Shown: positions 8,913 through 19,106, numbered from the stretch's first letter. The stretch: DNA of 64,000 nt from Cyanobacteria bacterium P01_D01_bin.156 (GCA_039024555.1 JBCCQQ010000025.1:12903-76902); one strand, 5' to 3'. Numbers and translations are program-made. Notes: generated from the sequence alone by a model not told the origin.

Positions 8913-9764
8913 CTAATCTTCAATTCTCTCTAACTGCCAGAATTTTTCTGGGTCGGATTCACTACTCACACAAGAAACAGTCCAGTTTCGCCAGGTCCAA
9001 TCATCGCCGCGCTTGGCTAGTTCAGCCGCTGACACTCCGGTGAGAACGACAAGTTCAGAGGTGGTGATCAAAAACCCTTGCTTGGCTAGCTCATCTGCGG
9101 TTTGTAGCAGATTGAGCATATTGCTAACACGGTTAATTCGGGTGTCGGACATGTCGCTGAGGGTTGTATCGATCTTAGGTAAAAGGATTTCTGTTTGTTG
9201 AGGAGATTCTTTTTTGACTTTTGCTGGTGCTGGTTTAGCTTTTTCAACTGTGGGCTTGCTAGCAGCACCGATGGATTGTTTTAGGCTAACGGTACGTTTG
9301 CGGGAAAAGGCTACGGCAATTTCATCGCAGCGTTCGTTACCTACATTGCCTGCATGACCTTTGACGTATTTCCAATCGATATCGACGCTTTGATCGGTTT
9401 TGAGACTTTGGGTGAGATCATCCAGCGTTAGCCAAAGATCTTTATTCAGAACTGCTTTTCCAGCTGATGTTTTCCAACCTTTGCGTTTCCATCCCCGCAT
9501 CCATTGGGTGATGCCCTGGATTAGATATTTGCTGTCGGTGTTGAGTTCGATATCAGCGTCGTAATCGTGCTGTTGGAGAAATTCTAGGGCTGCGATCGCA
9601 GCCTGCATTTCCATCCGATTATTCGTCGTCCCTGATTCATAGCCCCCCATCTCATGGACCGAACCATCCTGAAAATAAATTACCGTGCCCCAGCCCCCCG
9701 GACCTGGATTCCCAGAACACGCACCGTCTGTATATATCGCCTTAATCTCAGGCAAATCAGTCAT
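8913..9764 (-). CDS. rnhA: Ribonuclease HI with C-terminal extension
   Basis: YTDGACSGNPGPGGWG, TTNNRME, TDSKY, WKRKGWK, VKGHAG..GNERCD. Confidence 0.96.
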   Translation of the reverse strand: MTDLPEIKAIYTDGACSGNPGPGGWGTVIYFQDGSVHEMGGYESGTTNNRMEMQAAIAALEFLQQHDYDADIELNTDSKYLIQGITQWMRGWKRKGWKTSAGKAVLNKDLWLTLDDLTQSLKTDQSVDIDWKYVKGHAGNVGNERCDEIAVAFSRKRTVSLKQSIGAASKPTVEKAKPAPAKVKKESPQQTEILLPKIDTTLSDMSDTRINRVSNMLNLLQTADELAKQGFLITTSELVVLTGVSAAELAKRGDDWTWRNWTVSCVSSESDPEKFWQLERIED

Positions 9765-10083
9765 AGGAAAGTCACTTTAGAAACAAGAGCCACCATACAA
9801 GCCCTATGCATCATAGCGACCGATTTTCAACATTGCCCATGGCTACACAAAAAATCCCCATTCCCCTTTTAATCACACCAATAAGCAAAACTTTTCACGC
9901 AGTACTCTAAAGATATGGGATAAACAGAATAAAGCATTGCTGATCCTAACTGGGATCTGATCTGCAAATTTGCAAAATTGTGGTTAACCACTAAAGATCC
10001 AGATCGCCTGAAGCTCTGAATCAGCAATTGCATTTTCTAGGGCATAGCTTGCCCAGCCCACAGAAACTAAGGACGGAACGGCG

Positions 10084-10809
10084 ATGAAAAAATTAATGCG
10101 GGGTCTGCGTCAGTTTCAGGACAACTATGTCCCCACCCATAAAACCCTGATGGCCAGCTTGGCCAAAGGTCAGAGTCCCAACGTTTTGTTCATCACCTGT
10201 TCTGATTCCCGCGTACAGCCAGAACTCATCACCCAAGCTGAGCTGGGGGAGCTTTTTGTTATCCGCAATGCAGGCAATATTATTCCTCCCTTTGGCGCCA
10301 CCAACGGGGGTGAAGGGGCTACGATTGAGTACGCCGTTAAATCATTGAATGTTAACCACATTATTATTTGTGGCCACTCTAGCTGCGGCGCCATGAAGGG
10401 ACTGCTGCAAATTGGCAAGTTAGAAGAGAAAATGCCGCTAGTCTATAACTGGCTGATTCATACAGAAGCCACCCGCCAGCTCGTCGAAGATCACTACAGC
10501 GAGCTTGATAAATCTGACAAGCTAGACATACTGGTTGCCGAAAATATTCTCACCCAAATTGAGAATTTACGAACCTACCCAGCAGTGCGGTCCATGCTTC
10601 ACAATGGTAACTTGTCACTCCACGGCTGGATTTACAACATCAACGACGGCAGCATTCTGGCCTACGATTCAGAACGTCATGCCTTTGTTCCTCCGTTTGA
10701 GGACCCCATCAAAACACGAAGTGATGACAACGGTGCGTCGTCTCACATGCCAGGTCAGAATCGATTAGCGCACCAACAGTCTTCACGTATTTTCAAAGGT
10801 TCCTACTAA
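10084..10809 (+). CDS. ccaA: Beta-class carbonic anhydrase, probably carboxysomal CcaA/IcfA
   Basis: CSDSR, RNAGN and CGHSSCGAM zinc motifs; C-terminal tail RLAHQQSSRIFKGS resembles the CcaA C-terminal motif. Confidence 0.85.
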   Translation: MKKLMRGLRQFQDNYVPTHKTLMASLAKGQSPNVLFITCSDSRVQPELITQAELGELFVIRNAGNIIPPFGATNGGEGATIEYAVKSLNVNHIIICGHSSCGAMKGLLQIGKLEEKMPLVYNWLIHTEATRQLVEDHYSELDKSDKLDILVAENILTQIENLRTYPAVRSMLHNGNLSLHGWIYNINDGSILAYDSERHAFVPPFEDPIKTRSDDNGASSHMPGQNRLAHQQSSRIFKGSY

Positions 10810-11276
10810 TCTCCCCAAGCTTTAAACGGATTTTTAACCAGGTTGGAATTGTAATAGCGTGAATCTCCTGTGACTTCTGAACCGATCCAGACGGGCAGAT
10901 CCACAGTTTGGGTTTCCTCGGTCAGTTCCACTTCTGCTAGAATCAGTCCCTGATTTTCATCCAAAAATTCATCGACTTCCCAAATAACATCACCCATGGG
11001 AATACGGTAGCGATGTTTTGCAATAATTGGGCGATCGCACAGCTCTGACAAAATAGCTTGCGCATCTTTCAACGGAATCGGGTACTCAAACTCAGAACGA
11101 CTTATCCCCACTGTGGGTCCTTTCAGTGTGAGGTAACCTTGCTCACCAATAATGCGTACGCGAACAGTTTGTTTTCCTTGCGTTGGAATATAGCCCTGAC
11201 AGTAGTAGCGCCCCTCGGCTAAGGTACGCCAATCATCTCCCTGAACTAAAAATTTGCGTTCGATTTCCTTAGCCAT
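10806..11276 (-). CDS. CYTH-domain protein (class IV adenylate cyclase/triphosphatase-like)
   Basis: MAKEIERKFLV (ExExK), VRVRI, LTLKG, WEVDEF, AEVEL, YYNSNL; start reassigned to ATG 11276. Confidence 0.92.
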   Translation of the reverse strand: MAKEIERKFLVQGDDWRTLAEGRYYCQGYIPTQGKQTVRVRIIGEQGYLTLKGPTVGISRSEFEYPIPLKDAQAILSELCDRPIIAKHRYRIPMGDVIWEVDEFLDENQGLILAEVELTEETQTVDLPVWIGSEVTGDSRYYNSNLVKNPFKAWGD

Positions 11277-11280
11277 AACG

Positions 11281-12243
11281 CTAATTTTGCAAAAACAAAA
11301 ATGCATCCACTTCACGTGGTGTGGGCTGGCTTGCGATCGCACCGGATCGAGTTGTGGTCAAGGCTCCCACAGCACTGGCATAACGCACCACCGCATGGGC
11401 ACAGTCTTCATCTAATAGATAGTGGCGGCCATGGGTACAAACTTGGTGCAAGAAACCTGCTACAAAGGCGTCCCCTGCACCGGTTGTATCTTCCACATCA
11501 ACATCAAACCCTGGAACCTCACCCACGTGACCGCCCAACCAATAACGACACCCCTCCGCTCCAGCAGTAACCAACACTCCCTCTAAGTGTGGCTGCTGAG
11601 CAGCGATAGCGGCTGGATCGGTCGTATCCAATAACCATTGAGCTTCCGTATCGGACAATTTCAAAAACGAGGCCTGTTTCACCAAATCATTGACTAAACC
11701 GATGGCCTGGGCTGGGTTATCCCAAAACATCGGTCGCCAGTTGATGTCCAGAACCACATGGCCATTCTGTTCTTTGATCCACTCTACAGCTTGCAAGATG
11801 GAAGCACGGGTGTCTGGATAAGCGAGTCCCAACGTGCCAAGCACAAGGTACCTAGACCCCTTAAAGAGACTTGGATCGATGCGATCGCAAATTAAATGCG
11901 CATCGGCAAAAGCTGACGGATCTGATAATGAAAAGCCAGCAAATGAGCGCTCTCCCTGCTGATCTGTCAGAACATACACTTCACGGGTGGGAGCCGTTGG
12001 ATGCCGCTGTATACCACGCACACCCACTTGCAAATCCTGTAGCAGCTGCCTGAGCGCCTGGCCCCAAGCATCCACCCCTACAGCACCAACAAATTCTACA
12101 GGTGTCCCCAACTTCACTAAACAACAGGCAACATTCGCAGGAGCACCCCCAGGCAATGAGAGTTTTTGCTCCCGTCCGCCCGGCCAGAAGCTATCCACTA
12201 GGATCTCACCCAGACATATCACTGGACTCACCGGAACACCCAT
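11281..12243 (-). CDS. PfkB family carbohydrate kinase (fructokinase-like)
   Basis: GGAPANVA, DINWRP, DTTGAGDAF. Confidence 0.93.
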   Translation of the reverse strand: MGVPVSPVICLGEILVDSFWPGGREQKLSLPGGAPANVACCLVKLGTPVEFVGAVGVDAWGQALRQLLQDLQVGVRGIQRHPTAPTREVYVLTDQQGERSFAGFSLSDPSAFADAHLICDRIDPSLFKGSRYLVLGTLGLAYPDTRASILQAVEWIKEQNGHVVLDINWRPMFWDNPAQAIGLVNDLVKQASFLKLSDTEAQWLLDTTDPAAIAAQQPHLEGVLVTAGAEGCRYWLGGHVGEVPGFDVDVEDTTGAGDAFVAGFLHQVCTHGRHYLLDEDCAHAVVRYASAVGALTTTRSGAIASQPTPREVDAFLFLQN

Positions 12244-12273
12244 ACCTTCCTCCGGACTTTTACCCCAGCCAAC

Positions 12274-12319
12274 AAAAAACGCCTCGTACCCTCAGCGGCA
12301 AGTATAAGGCGTTTTTTGA
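12274..12319 (-). terminator. Putative intrinsic terminator downstream of sds
   Basis: CAAAAAACGCCT...AGGCGTTTTTTG inverted repeat with A/T tails on both sides. Confidence 0.5.
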
Positions 12320-12440
12320 AAAAGCACATAGGACCGATACATCAATCCCATCGCCGGTGGCAATTTAGGAAATGGACTGAATTGTCATATTTAAATGATT
12401 CAAAACAAATCACTTCCTGTAACAGCTGTGCTAGACCAGC

Positions 12441-13412
12441 CTAGTACAATCGGCTCAGCACATAACCTGATAACGCTTCCAATGCCCGCTTAGGCTCAGA
12501 CTGGGGTAGTTCCGTCAGATTTTCAATCGCTCGGTCCACATGTTGAGATGCTAGCTCACGGGAGCGCTCAACCCCTCGACTCGCTTTCACTAAAGCCATC
12601 GCTTCATCAAAATCGCCCGACTGAGCAAATTCGCGCTCAATCAGCGTTGTAATGTATGGAGTCTCCTCCATAGCATAGAGGACAGGGGCTGTAAGATTGC
12701 CACTTAGTAAATCAGAGCCAGCAGGCTTACCCAAGACCTCTTCAGAACCTGTGAAATCCAAAATATCATCTACGATTTGGAATGCTAGTCCTAAATTACG
12801 TCCATATTGATAGAACGCTTCAGCCAACGCATCTGATGTTCCACTCAGCACACCTACAGACTTACTGCTGTTAGCGATCAGCGAAGCCGTCTTGTAATAG
12901 CTCTTCATCAAATATGCATCGATGGATAAGGTCGTATCAAAGCGATTTAGACCTTGCTGGATCTCACCTTCCGCCAGGTCCATTATCACCCGCGATAAAA
13001 GTTTAACGACCGTTAGATCGTCTAAGTTAGCTAGATGCCAAGAAGACTGAGCAAACAAGAAGTCGCCAGCCAGAACGGCTACGCGATTGGTAAAGCTACT
13101 GTGGACCGTCGGCACTCCACGCCTTAACGAGGATTCATCCACCACATCATCATGGACCAGACTGGCAGTATGAATCATCTCGGTAATTTCAGCCAATCGC
13201 AAATGCCGCGATGGAATGTCGTGCTCCATAACCGTCGCGCGCGATAGCAATAGAACAATAGCAGGCCGAATCCGCTTTCCTCCTGCCCCAAACAGATGCT
13301 CCGCAGCGGCGTAGAGAATAGGATGCCGAGCACCGACCAGCTGCTTCAGATTATCCGTCAACAGACTGAGATCTGCTTCGACGGGGGCAAACAGCGATGT
13401 TGTTGAAGTCAT
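12441..13412 (-). CDS. sds: Solanesyl diphosphate synthase
   Basis: GGKRIRP, first aspartate-rich motif LVHDDVVD..LRRG, second motif FQIVDDILD; 323 aa. Confidence 0.93.
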   Translation of the reverse strand: MTSTTSLFAPVEADLSLLTDNLKQLVGARHPILYAAAEHLFGAGGKRIRPAIVLLLSRATVMEHDIPSRHLRLAEITEMIHTASLVHDDVVDESSLRRGVPTVHSSFTNRVAVLAGDFLFAQSSWHLANLDDLTVVKLLSRVIMDLAEGEIQQGLNRFDTTLSIDAYLMKSYYKTASLIANSSKSVGVLSGTSDALAEAFYQYGRNLGLAFQIVDDILDFTGSEEVLGKPAGSDLLSGNLTAPVLYAMEETPYITTLIEREFAQSGDFDEAMALVKASRGVERSRELASQHVDRAIENLTELPQSEPKRALEALSGYVLSRLY

Positions 13413-14092
13413 GGGAGGAAATGCTCAGACAGCTAGATTACGAAACTTTAAGTAATCCATATTCATTCTAAGCTAACGGCTCAATTGGTGTCGCTATTCC
13501 ATCTAGAATCTCTGTCAATTTGCCTGCACAAAGCTATTTACAGCCATGAGTTCCTGGTTACTCACAAAGGTTCACATCTGGCTAGCATTGATTAGAAATT
13601 TCTATTTCTTTTTTTAAATTAACTCTAGGTAAATAACAAATCCTTATGTTAGACTAATTACAGGAATTGAAAAAATTCATAGCAAGCTGGATAGTTCGTA
13701 TTTAGTAGCTTTGTTCTAAAAGCTCTTCGCGATTCTTCTCGGAACTGCTGGAATTATCTGTAAATGTGTTGCAGTTACCCAAGGCATTTGTTGCCGACTG
13801 TGATCAGAACGTAGGGGATCGACAGAGGTTTAGCTTAGCCAGCGCTAGGCTGTATAGCTATCACTCCTATTAGAGCCTGATCGAAGCCTTGCTCAATAGT
13901 TATGTGTTTTTAGCATACATAGAGTGATGAGTAATACTGAAACACGTATGGCACTAGGTGATTCTAGTACTAGAGCTTTTTAGATAACTGAGAACCTTAG
14001 TTGAATTGAACCAGCTGCCGGGCTGTCAGTTTATGCTGCTTGTTTTTTACAAGTTTCTCTCTGTTGTTCCTTCCCACACCTCTGCCATATCG

Positions 14093-14209
14093 ATGACCCA
14101 CCCCTTTACCCCACTGTTGATGCTGGTATTGGCCATTAGCTATTTGCTGATGGTCTATATTGCTTTCACTGCAATCCAGCGGTTTCTAAGACGTCGCGAG
14201 CAAATGTGA
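14093..14209 (+). CDS. Putative 38-aa single-pass membrane microprotein
   Basis: MTHPFTPLLMLVLAISYLLMVYIAFTAIQRFLRRREQM: hydrophobic helix plus basic tail; strong hairpin downstream. Confidence 0.5.
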   Translation: MTHPFTPLLMLVLAISYLLMVYIAFTAIQRFLRRREQM

Positions 14210-14307
14210 CGGTTCAAGGACAACGGTTGTTTTCAAGACCTTACTGGCTACAGCCAGTCCATGAATTAACTGCATCTGCTTAGAGTTTGATTTATGTGTT
14301 TATTTTC

Positions 14308-14350
14308 AAAACAATGGCTCAGCTAGTCATACTAGCTGAGCCATTGTTTT
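14308..14350. terminator. Perfect 20-bp hairpin, probable bidirectional terminator
   Basis: AAAACAATGGCTCAGCTAGT-CAT-ACTAGCTGAGCCATTGTTTT. Confidence 0.75.
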
Positions 14351-14521
14351 ATCTAAAGGACAGTCCAATATTTATAGCAAGACGTCCATGGCTTTTCGGC
14401 GACAAATCATGACAAACATCGCCAATGTATTTCCGAAAACAATCTAGGGAGTTAGCATGTACAAACGTTTTTCAGAATACAAAATAGCAATTTGAGTTCA
14501 GCTCCCAATGTTTCTGTGTCC

Positions 14522-15787
14522 ATGGCTACCGGGGTAAACATTCCCTTTCCTGCAAATGTAATCCCACTTGAGAATGGACTAACCGTCGTTCACCAGGAGA
14601 TTGCGACGACACCAGTAGTGGTGGTAGATGTCTGGATTAAGGCAGGTGCACGCTACGAACCGTCTGCCTGGGCAGGCATGGCCCATTTTTTGGAACACAT
14701 GGTGTTCAAGGGCACGGAACAAATTTTGCCAGGGATGTTCGACGCGACTATTGAAAGTCGTGGCGGCCTAGCAAATGCAGCTACCAGCCATGACTATGCT
14801 CATTTTTATATGACGTTGGCGGCGGATGATCTAGCCCATGTCTTACCTTATTTAGCGGAGCTATTGCTGCATGCGGCTATCCCAGGAGATGAGTTTGGAC
14901 GAGAACGCCAGGTAGTCATTGAAGAGATTCACCAAGCCTGGGATGACCCGGACTGGATTGGGTTTCAAACCATATCAGAAATGCTCTACGGAGAGCACCC
15001 CTATGGTCGGTCAGTGCTGGGAACCCCTACCATTTTGCATGAGCGCTCACCCGAGGAAATGCGGCAATTCCATCAAACGTATTATCAACCCGAAAACATG
15101 AAGGTGGTCATTACCGGTGGTATTGGCTTAGAGCGGGTGTTAGAACTCGTCCAAGAAACATTTCACTCATTTCCCCATGTATATGAAGCCTGCCCACCAG
15201 CAGCAGTGGCATCCTCCCCGCAGCTACTGACCAGCTCTCAACGGACACTTGCCTTGCCTCGTTTGGAACATGGCCGATTAATGATGGCTTGGCTGGGCCC
15301 TGGAATCCACGATCTCAAGGTAGCTTGCGGCTTGGATATTTTAGCGACGGTTTTAGCGGAGGGCCGGATGTCTCGTTTGGTGCGGGAGCTACTGGAGGAT
15401 CGTCAGTGGGTTGATGATATTGCAAGCAGTTTTTCAGTGCAGAAAGATTGTAGTGTTTTGATGTTGTCGGCTTGGTTAGCACCGCAGCATATTAAAGAAG
15501 TAACGCAGGTTATTTGCGATCGCATCGCTTCCCTAGCTACCATACCGATCACAGACCTAGAGTTAGAACGTGCTCAGCGTGTCCTGTGCAACGATTATGC
15601 TTTTGCTATGGAAACCCCTGGTCAGCTGGCTGGGCTATATGGGTACTATGGCACCTTAGCAACACCTGAATTATCCCTCGCCTATCCTCACTATGTTCGA
15701 GACTATTCCGCCGAACAATTACGTCCTCTAGCTCAGCAGTACCTTTCCCCTGAACATTGCGCTACCCTGAGCTTAATTCCAGAGTAA
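14522..15787 (+). CDS. M16B (pitrilysin-family) zinc peptidase, catalytic subunit
   Basis: GMAHFLEHMVFKG (HxxEH), NAATSHD, ERQVVIEE; start taken at the first ATG. Confidence 0.93.
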   Translation: MATGVNIPFPANVIPLENGLTVVHQEIATTPVVVVDVWIKAGARYEPSAWAGMAHFLEHMVFKGTEQILPGMFDATIESRGGLANAATSHDYAHFYMTLAADDLAHVLPYLAELLLHAAIPGDEFGRERQVVIEEIHQAWDDPDWIGFQTISEMLYGEHPYGRSVLGTPTILHERSPEEMRQFHQTYYQPENMKVVITGGIGLERVLELVQETFHSFPHVYEACPPAAVASSPQLLTSSQRTLALPRLEHGRLMMAWLGPGIHDLKVACGLDILATVLAEGRMSRLVRELLEDRQWVDDIASSFSVQKDCSVLMLSAWLAPQHIKEVTQVICDRIASLATIPITDLELERAQRVLCNDYAFAMETPGQLAGLYGYYGTLATPELSLAYPHYVRDYSAEQLRPLAQQYLSPEHCATLSLIPE

Positions 15788-17137
15788 TTGCATCCTTCTT
15801 TTAGTTTTTTGCACGTTCCCTCACCGAACCTCATATTTGCTCCTGCTACTTTAACCACACCACCTGTGACTGTATCCACGGCCCCCAAGCAAAACTCCAT
15901 CACCACACATTTGGGCAACGGCCTAAAGGTTATCGCCATCGAAAATCCAGCCGCTGATATCGTCTCAGCTCGGATCTTTTTACCCGTTGGCCAGGGCAAT
16001 GAAACACCAGACAAAGCAGGGATATTTAGTCTGATGACAGCCTTGTTCACCCGAGGAACCGCTCATCGGAATTCGTTAGAAATTGCTGAAGCAGTTGAGT
16101 ATGTAGGTGCTAGCCTCGGTGCAGACAGTGCGTCCGACTATAGCCTTATCAGTGTGAAAACCGTTTCTGCTGATTTTGAGAACATTTTTACCCTGGCCAC
16201 TGAAATTCTTCGAGAGCCTAGCTTTCCTAAACATGAAATTGAACTGGAACGTAAGTTGACCATTCAAGGACTGCGTTCCATGCAAGAGCAGCCTTTTAGC
16301 GTAGCTTATAAGGCTTTTCGAGAAGGCATGTACGGAGCCCATCCCTACGGTTTCTCCAGTATGGGCACCGAAGAAACGGTCATGTCGATTCAGCGAGAGG
16401 ATCTGCTAGACGCTCACCATAAGCATTTTCGGCCTGACAATATGGTGGTCGTCATTGTCGGTCGGATTGATCCAGAGAAAGCCGTCGCTCTGGTGGATAA
16501 ACTGTTAGGAGATTGGACCGCGCCAGACTATCCTGCCCCAACGCCCTACCTGCCCAAGATTAACTCCCACGCCTATCGCATTGTTACCCCCCAGGAAACA
16601 AACCAGGCGTTTGTCATTGTTGGTTATTTAGCTGCCTGTGTAAAACATCCAGACTTTGCAGCCCTCAAGCTCCTTAGCACTCATCTAGGCAATGGGTTAT
16701 CGAGCCGGTTATTTGTAGAGCTGCGAGAAAAGCAAGGATTAGCCTACGATGTGTCAGCGTTTTATCCCACTAGGCTAGGCCCCTCCCAATTTGTCACCTA
16801 CATTGGCACTGCACCGGAAAATGTCTCTGTGGCTCTAGATGGATTACAAAGTGAACTGCGACGTCTGTGTGAGATTCCCCTCACCGACCATGAACTGCAA
16901 GTGGCAAAAAACAAAATGCTGGGCCAATACGCTCTGGGTAAGCAAACCAATGGGCAAATTGCCCAGCTGTTAGGCTGGTACGAGATTTTAGGGCTGGGCA
17001 CCGAATTTGACCAGAAGTTCCAGGCAGATGTAGAAGCCGTCACCATTGAGCAAGCCCAAGCAGCCGCAAAGAGATGCTTTATTGATTCCTACATTTCGAT
17101 TTTGGGTCCAGCTACTGCGGTGGAAGCCCTGCATTAG
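15788..17137 (+). CDS. M16B peptidase, non-catalytic partner subunit (true start probably GTG 15866)
   Basis: M16 fold without HxxEH; GLSSRLFVELREKQGLAY (R/Y pair); lies directly after the catalytic subunit. Confidence 0.9.
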   Translation: MHPSFSFLHVPSPNLIFAPATLTTPPVTVSTAPKQNSITTHLGNGLKVIAIENPAADIVSARIFLPVGQGNETPDKAGIFSLMTALFTRGTAHRNSLEIAEAVEYVGASLGADSASDYSLISVKTVSADFENIFTLATEILREPSFPKHEIELERKLTIQGLRSMQEQPFSVAYKAFREGMYGAHPYGFSSMGTEETVMSIQREDLLDAHHKHFRPDNMVVVIVGRIDPEKAVALVDKLLGDWTAPDYPAPTPYLPKINSHAYRIVTPQETNQAFVIVGYLAACVKHPDFAALKLLSTHLGNGLSSRLFVELREKQGLAYDVSAFYPTRLGPSQFVTYIGTAPENVSVALDGLQSELRRLCEIPLTDHELQVAKNKMLGQYALGKQTNGQIAQLLGWYEILGLGTEFDQKFQADVEAVTIEQAQAAAKRCFIDSYISILGPATAVEALH

Positions 17138-17753
17138 TAAGCACCTCGACGCACTGTTGCCGTTGCTTTAGATATGTTTGGTAGCCTGCTTGATCTTCAG
17201 GCGTGGTGAATTCATCAGTTTGCGATTGAAGCTTTGCATAAGCCTGACGAGCCCTATCCATGGCCGTTTGTCCGCAATGATCTTTTCTTTGAGGATTTAC
17301 ACCAGCCGCAATTAAAATTTGGAGTGCATCTACCGAACCGGAGTCAGCTGCCAACATCAGGGGAGTGCGCCCACCTTTCCCCACTGGATCGGGAAACGCT
17401 CCATGGTGCAGTAGGCGTTGTACCGCTGTATAGTTGCAACCATCACTCGAACCAAAATAGTTCTCTTCAGTAGATTGGTGTGAATACTCCAAGGCAGCAT
17501 TATGCAAGAGGGTATCGCCAGCACCATCTTGAGCATTCACATCGGCCCCTGCAGCTACAAGTAAGTCAATGGCCCGGGCCATTGCTTCATCAAACTCGTG
17601 GTTGTAATGCCAAGTGACCGCACTGAGTAGTGGTCGAGATGCTACGGGTATCGCTCCAAGCTTTAGCAAACGGTCGATGGCCCAGGGGTTATGTGCAAAA
17701 GCCGCATAGTAAATACGGGGCTCGCCCCGTTGGGTGGCGTTGAGGGGAGCACG
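17112..17753 (-). pseudogene. 5'-truncated ankyrin-repeat gene
   Basis: Ankyrin repeats GADVNAQDGAGDTLLHNAA and GRTPLMLAA..G..DALQILIAAG. The frame stays ankyrin-like upstream of TTG 17669 (APLNATQRGEPRIYYAAFAHNPWAIDRLLKLGA) as far as a TGA at 17754-17756, with no start codon. Confidence 0.6.
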
Positions 17754-17786
17754 TCACCCGCCAGCGGATGATGTGCTCCCAATTCA

Positions 17787-19106
17787 CTAAGCAACATGAA
17801 ATTTCAATTGCCCAATACGAAGCCAATCGCCAGCTGTTTCACCTAAGCTAATGAGAAATACTTGATAATTACCGGTATCTACTAATTCACAAGTAATTTC
17901 AGTAACGTTATTGGTGAGCTGGCTATCACAAATTTTCTCGGTGGGTTCTTCTTCCGTTGACCAATCCCAAATAGAAAAGTCATCACGCGCCTCTTTTCGT
18001 GTAAATGCAACAACTCTTCGTTGATAGTCCAATGGCTGTTTGACTTGAATCTTCCCAACTTGTTCTACTTCTGTTGTATAAACGCCAGGAGAGACTAACT
18101 CTAGTCCTTCCACAAAAAAGTCTGGCAACAAGAGAGGTGATTGTTCAAAAGTCTGTTTGTTTTTCTGTTGGTCCAGCAATTGCCAAGCGGATAATGTGGG
18201 CAGATGACTAGAAATCATTACATTAGCGGGTGGCATCAAATAGTTCGATCTGTATTTGCGATCGCTATCATCCCAAGTAGTATCCACCAGCTGCCAGTGA
18301 TCGTCTAGTTTGACCGCATTCCAAGCATGTAGTGTCCAATCATACTGGGGAGAAGCCGCCCGGTACAGTTTAGGAATCACATCAATGGGGGCCAGATCAC
18401 GCCGCACATCGCCAGTAATGTAGGCCACCTCCAGCCCAACCGCCTGGCCTAATGCCTGAAATAGCTTTGAATATCCCTCACAGACAGCCTTTTGCGCAAC
18501 AAAAACATTCTCTGCCTCTTGGGATGGTCGTCGTCCAGTCGTGAGCACATCACGATCGTAGCTGAGATGCTGAATTACATAATCATGGACGGCTTTAACC
18601 TGCTGCTGTGGGTCTGTCTCAGACTGAGTAATATATTGAGCAACACTCGCGATACTTGTCTCTGCATCAGCGGGTATGGTTTTAATAGCAGGATGAAGTT
18701 GTTGCTCAGCTGGCCACGGCCAGTTGGTCGTTATGGTTTCTGACTGAGGTAGTGGGTTGTGGGCTAAACGAACGTATAAGTTACCAACAGGTGCATTGAG
18801 CAAGTTAGGGTTGGCGCGATAGACCAATGCCAACGCGAGTAAACTAAAGCCAAAACAGTAGCGCAACCTTTTCTTAGATAGCCAAACGACGTTAGGACGG
18901 CGACGCTGATATATTAGACCTGCGATCGCAACGCCCCCTACCAGCAACAACCCGATGGCTGGAGCAATATAAACCGCATAGGCAAGCGCTAACCCCAAAC
19001 CAACTAACATTAAAGGCTTGACTACTTTCAGAAGCTTTTGCCTTTTTTGTTGGCGTTGCCGCTTACGCAATTCTGTTAAAAATCGAGTTTCTAGATTATT
19101 AGACAT
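17787..19106 (-). CDS. Membrane-anchored transglutaminase-like (kyphoscoliosis peptidase-like) protein
   Basis: N-terminal TM segments; catalytic triad motifs AVCEGYS, HAWNAV, VDTTWD. Confidence 0.88.
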   Translation of the reverse strand: MSNNLETRFLTELRKRQRQQKRQKLLKVVKPLMLVGLGLALAYAVYIAPAIGLLLVGGVAIAGLIYQRRRPNVVWLSKKRLRYCFGFSLLALALVYRANPNLLNAPVGNLYVRLAHNPLPQSETITTNWPWPAEQQLHPAIKTIPADAETSIASVAQYITQSETDPQQQVKAVHDYVIQHLSYDRDVLTTGRRPSQEAENVFVAQKAVCEGYSKLFQALGQAVGLEVAYITGDVRRDLAPIDVIPKLYRAASPQYDWTLHAWNAVKLDDHWQLVDTTWDDSDRKYRSNYLMPPANVMISSHLPTLSAWQLLDQQKNKQTFEQSPLLLPDFFVEGLELVSPGVYTTEVEQVGKIQVKQPLDYQRRVVAFTRKEARDDFSIWDWSTEEEPTEKICDSQLTNNVTEITCELVDTGNYQVFLISLGETAGDWLRIGQLKFHVA

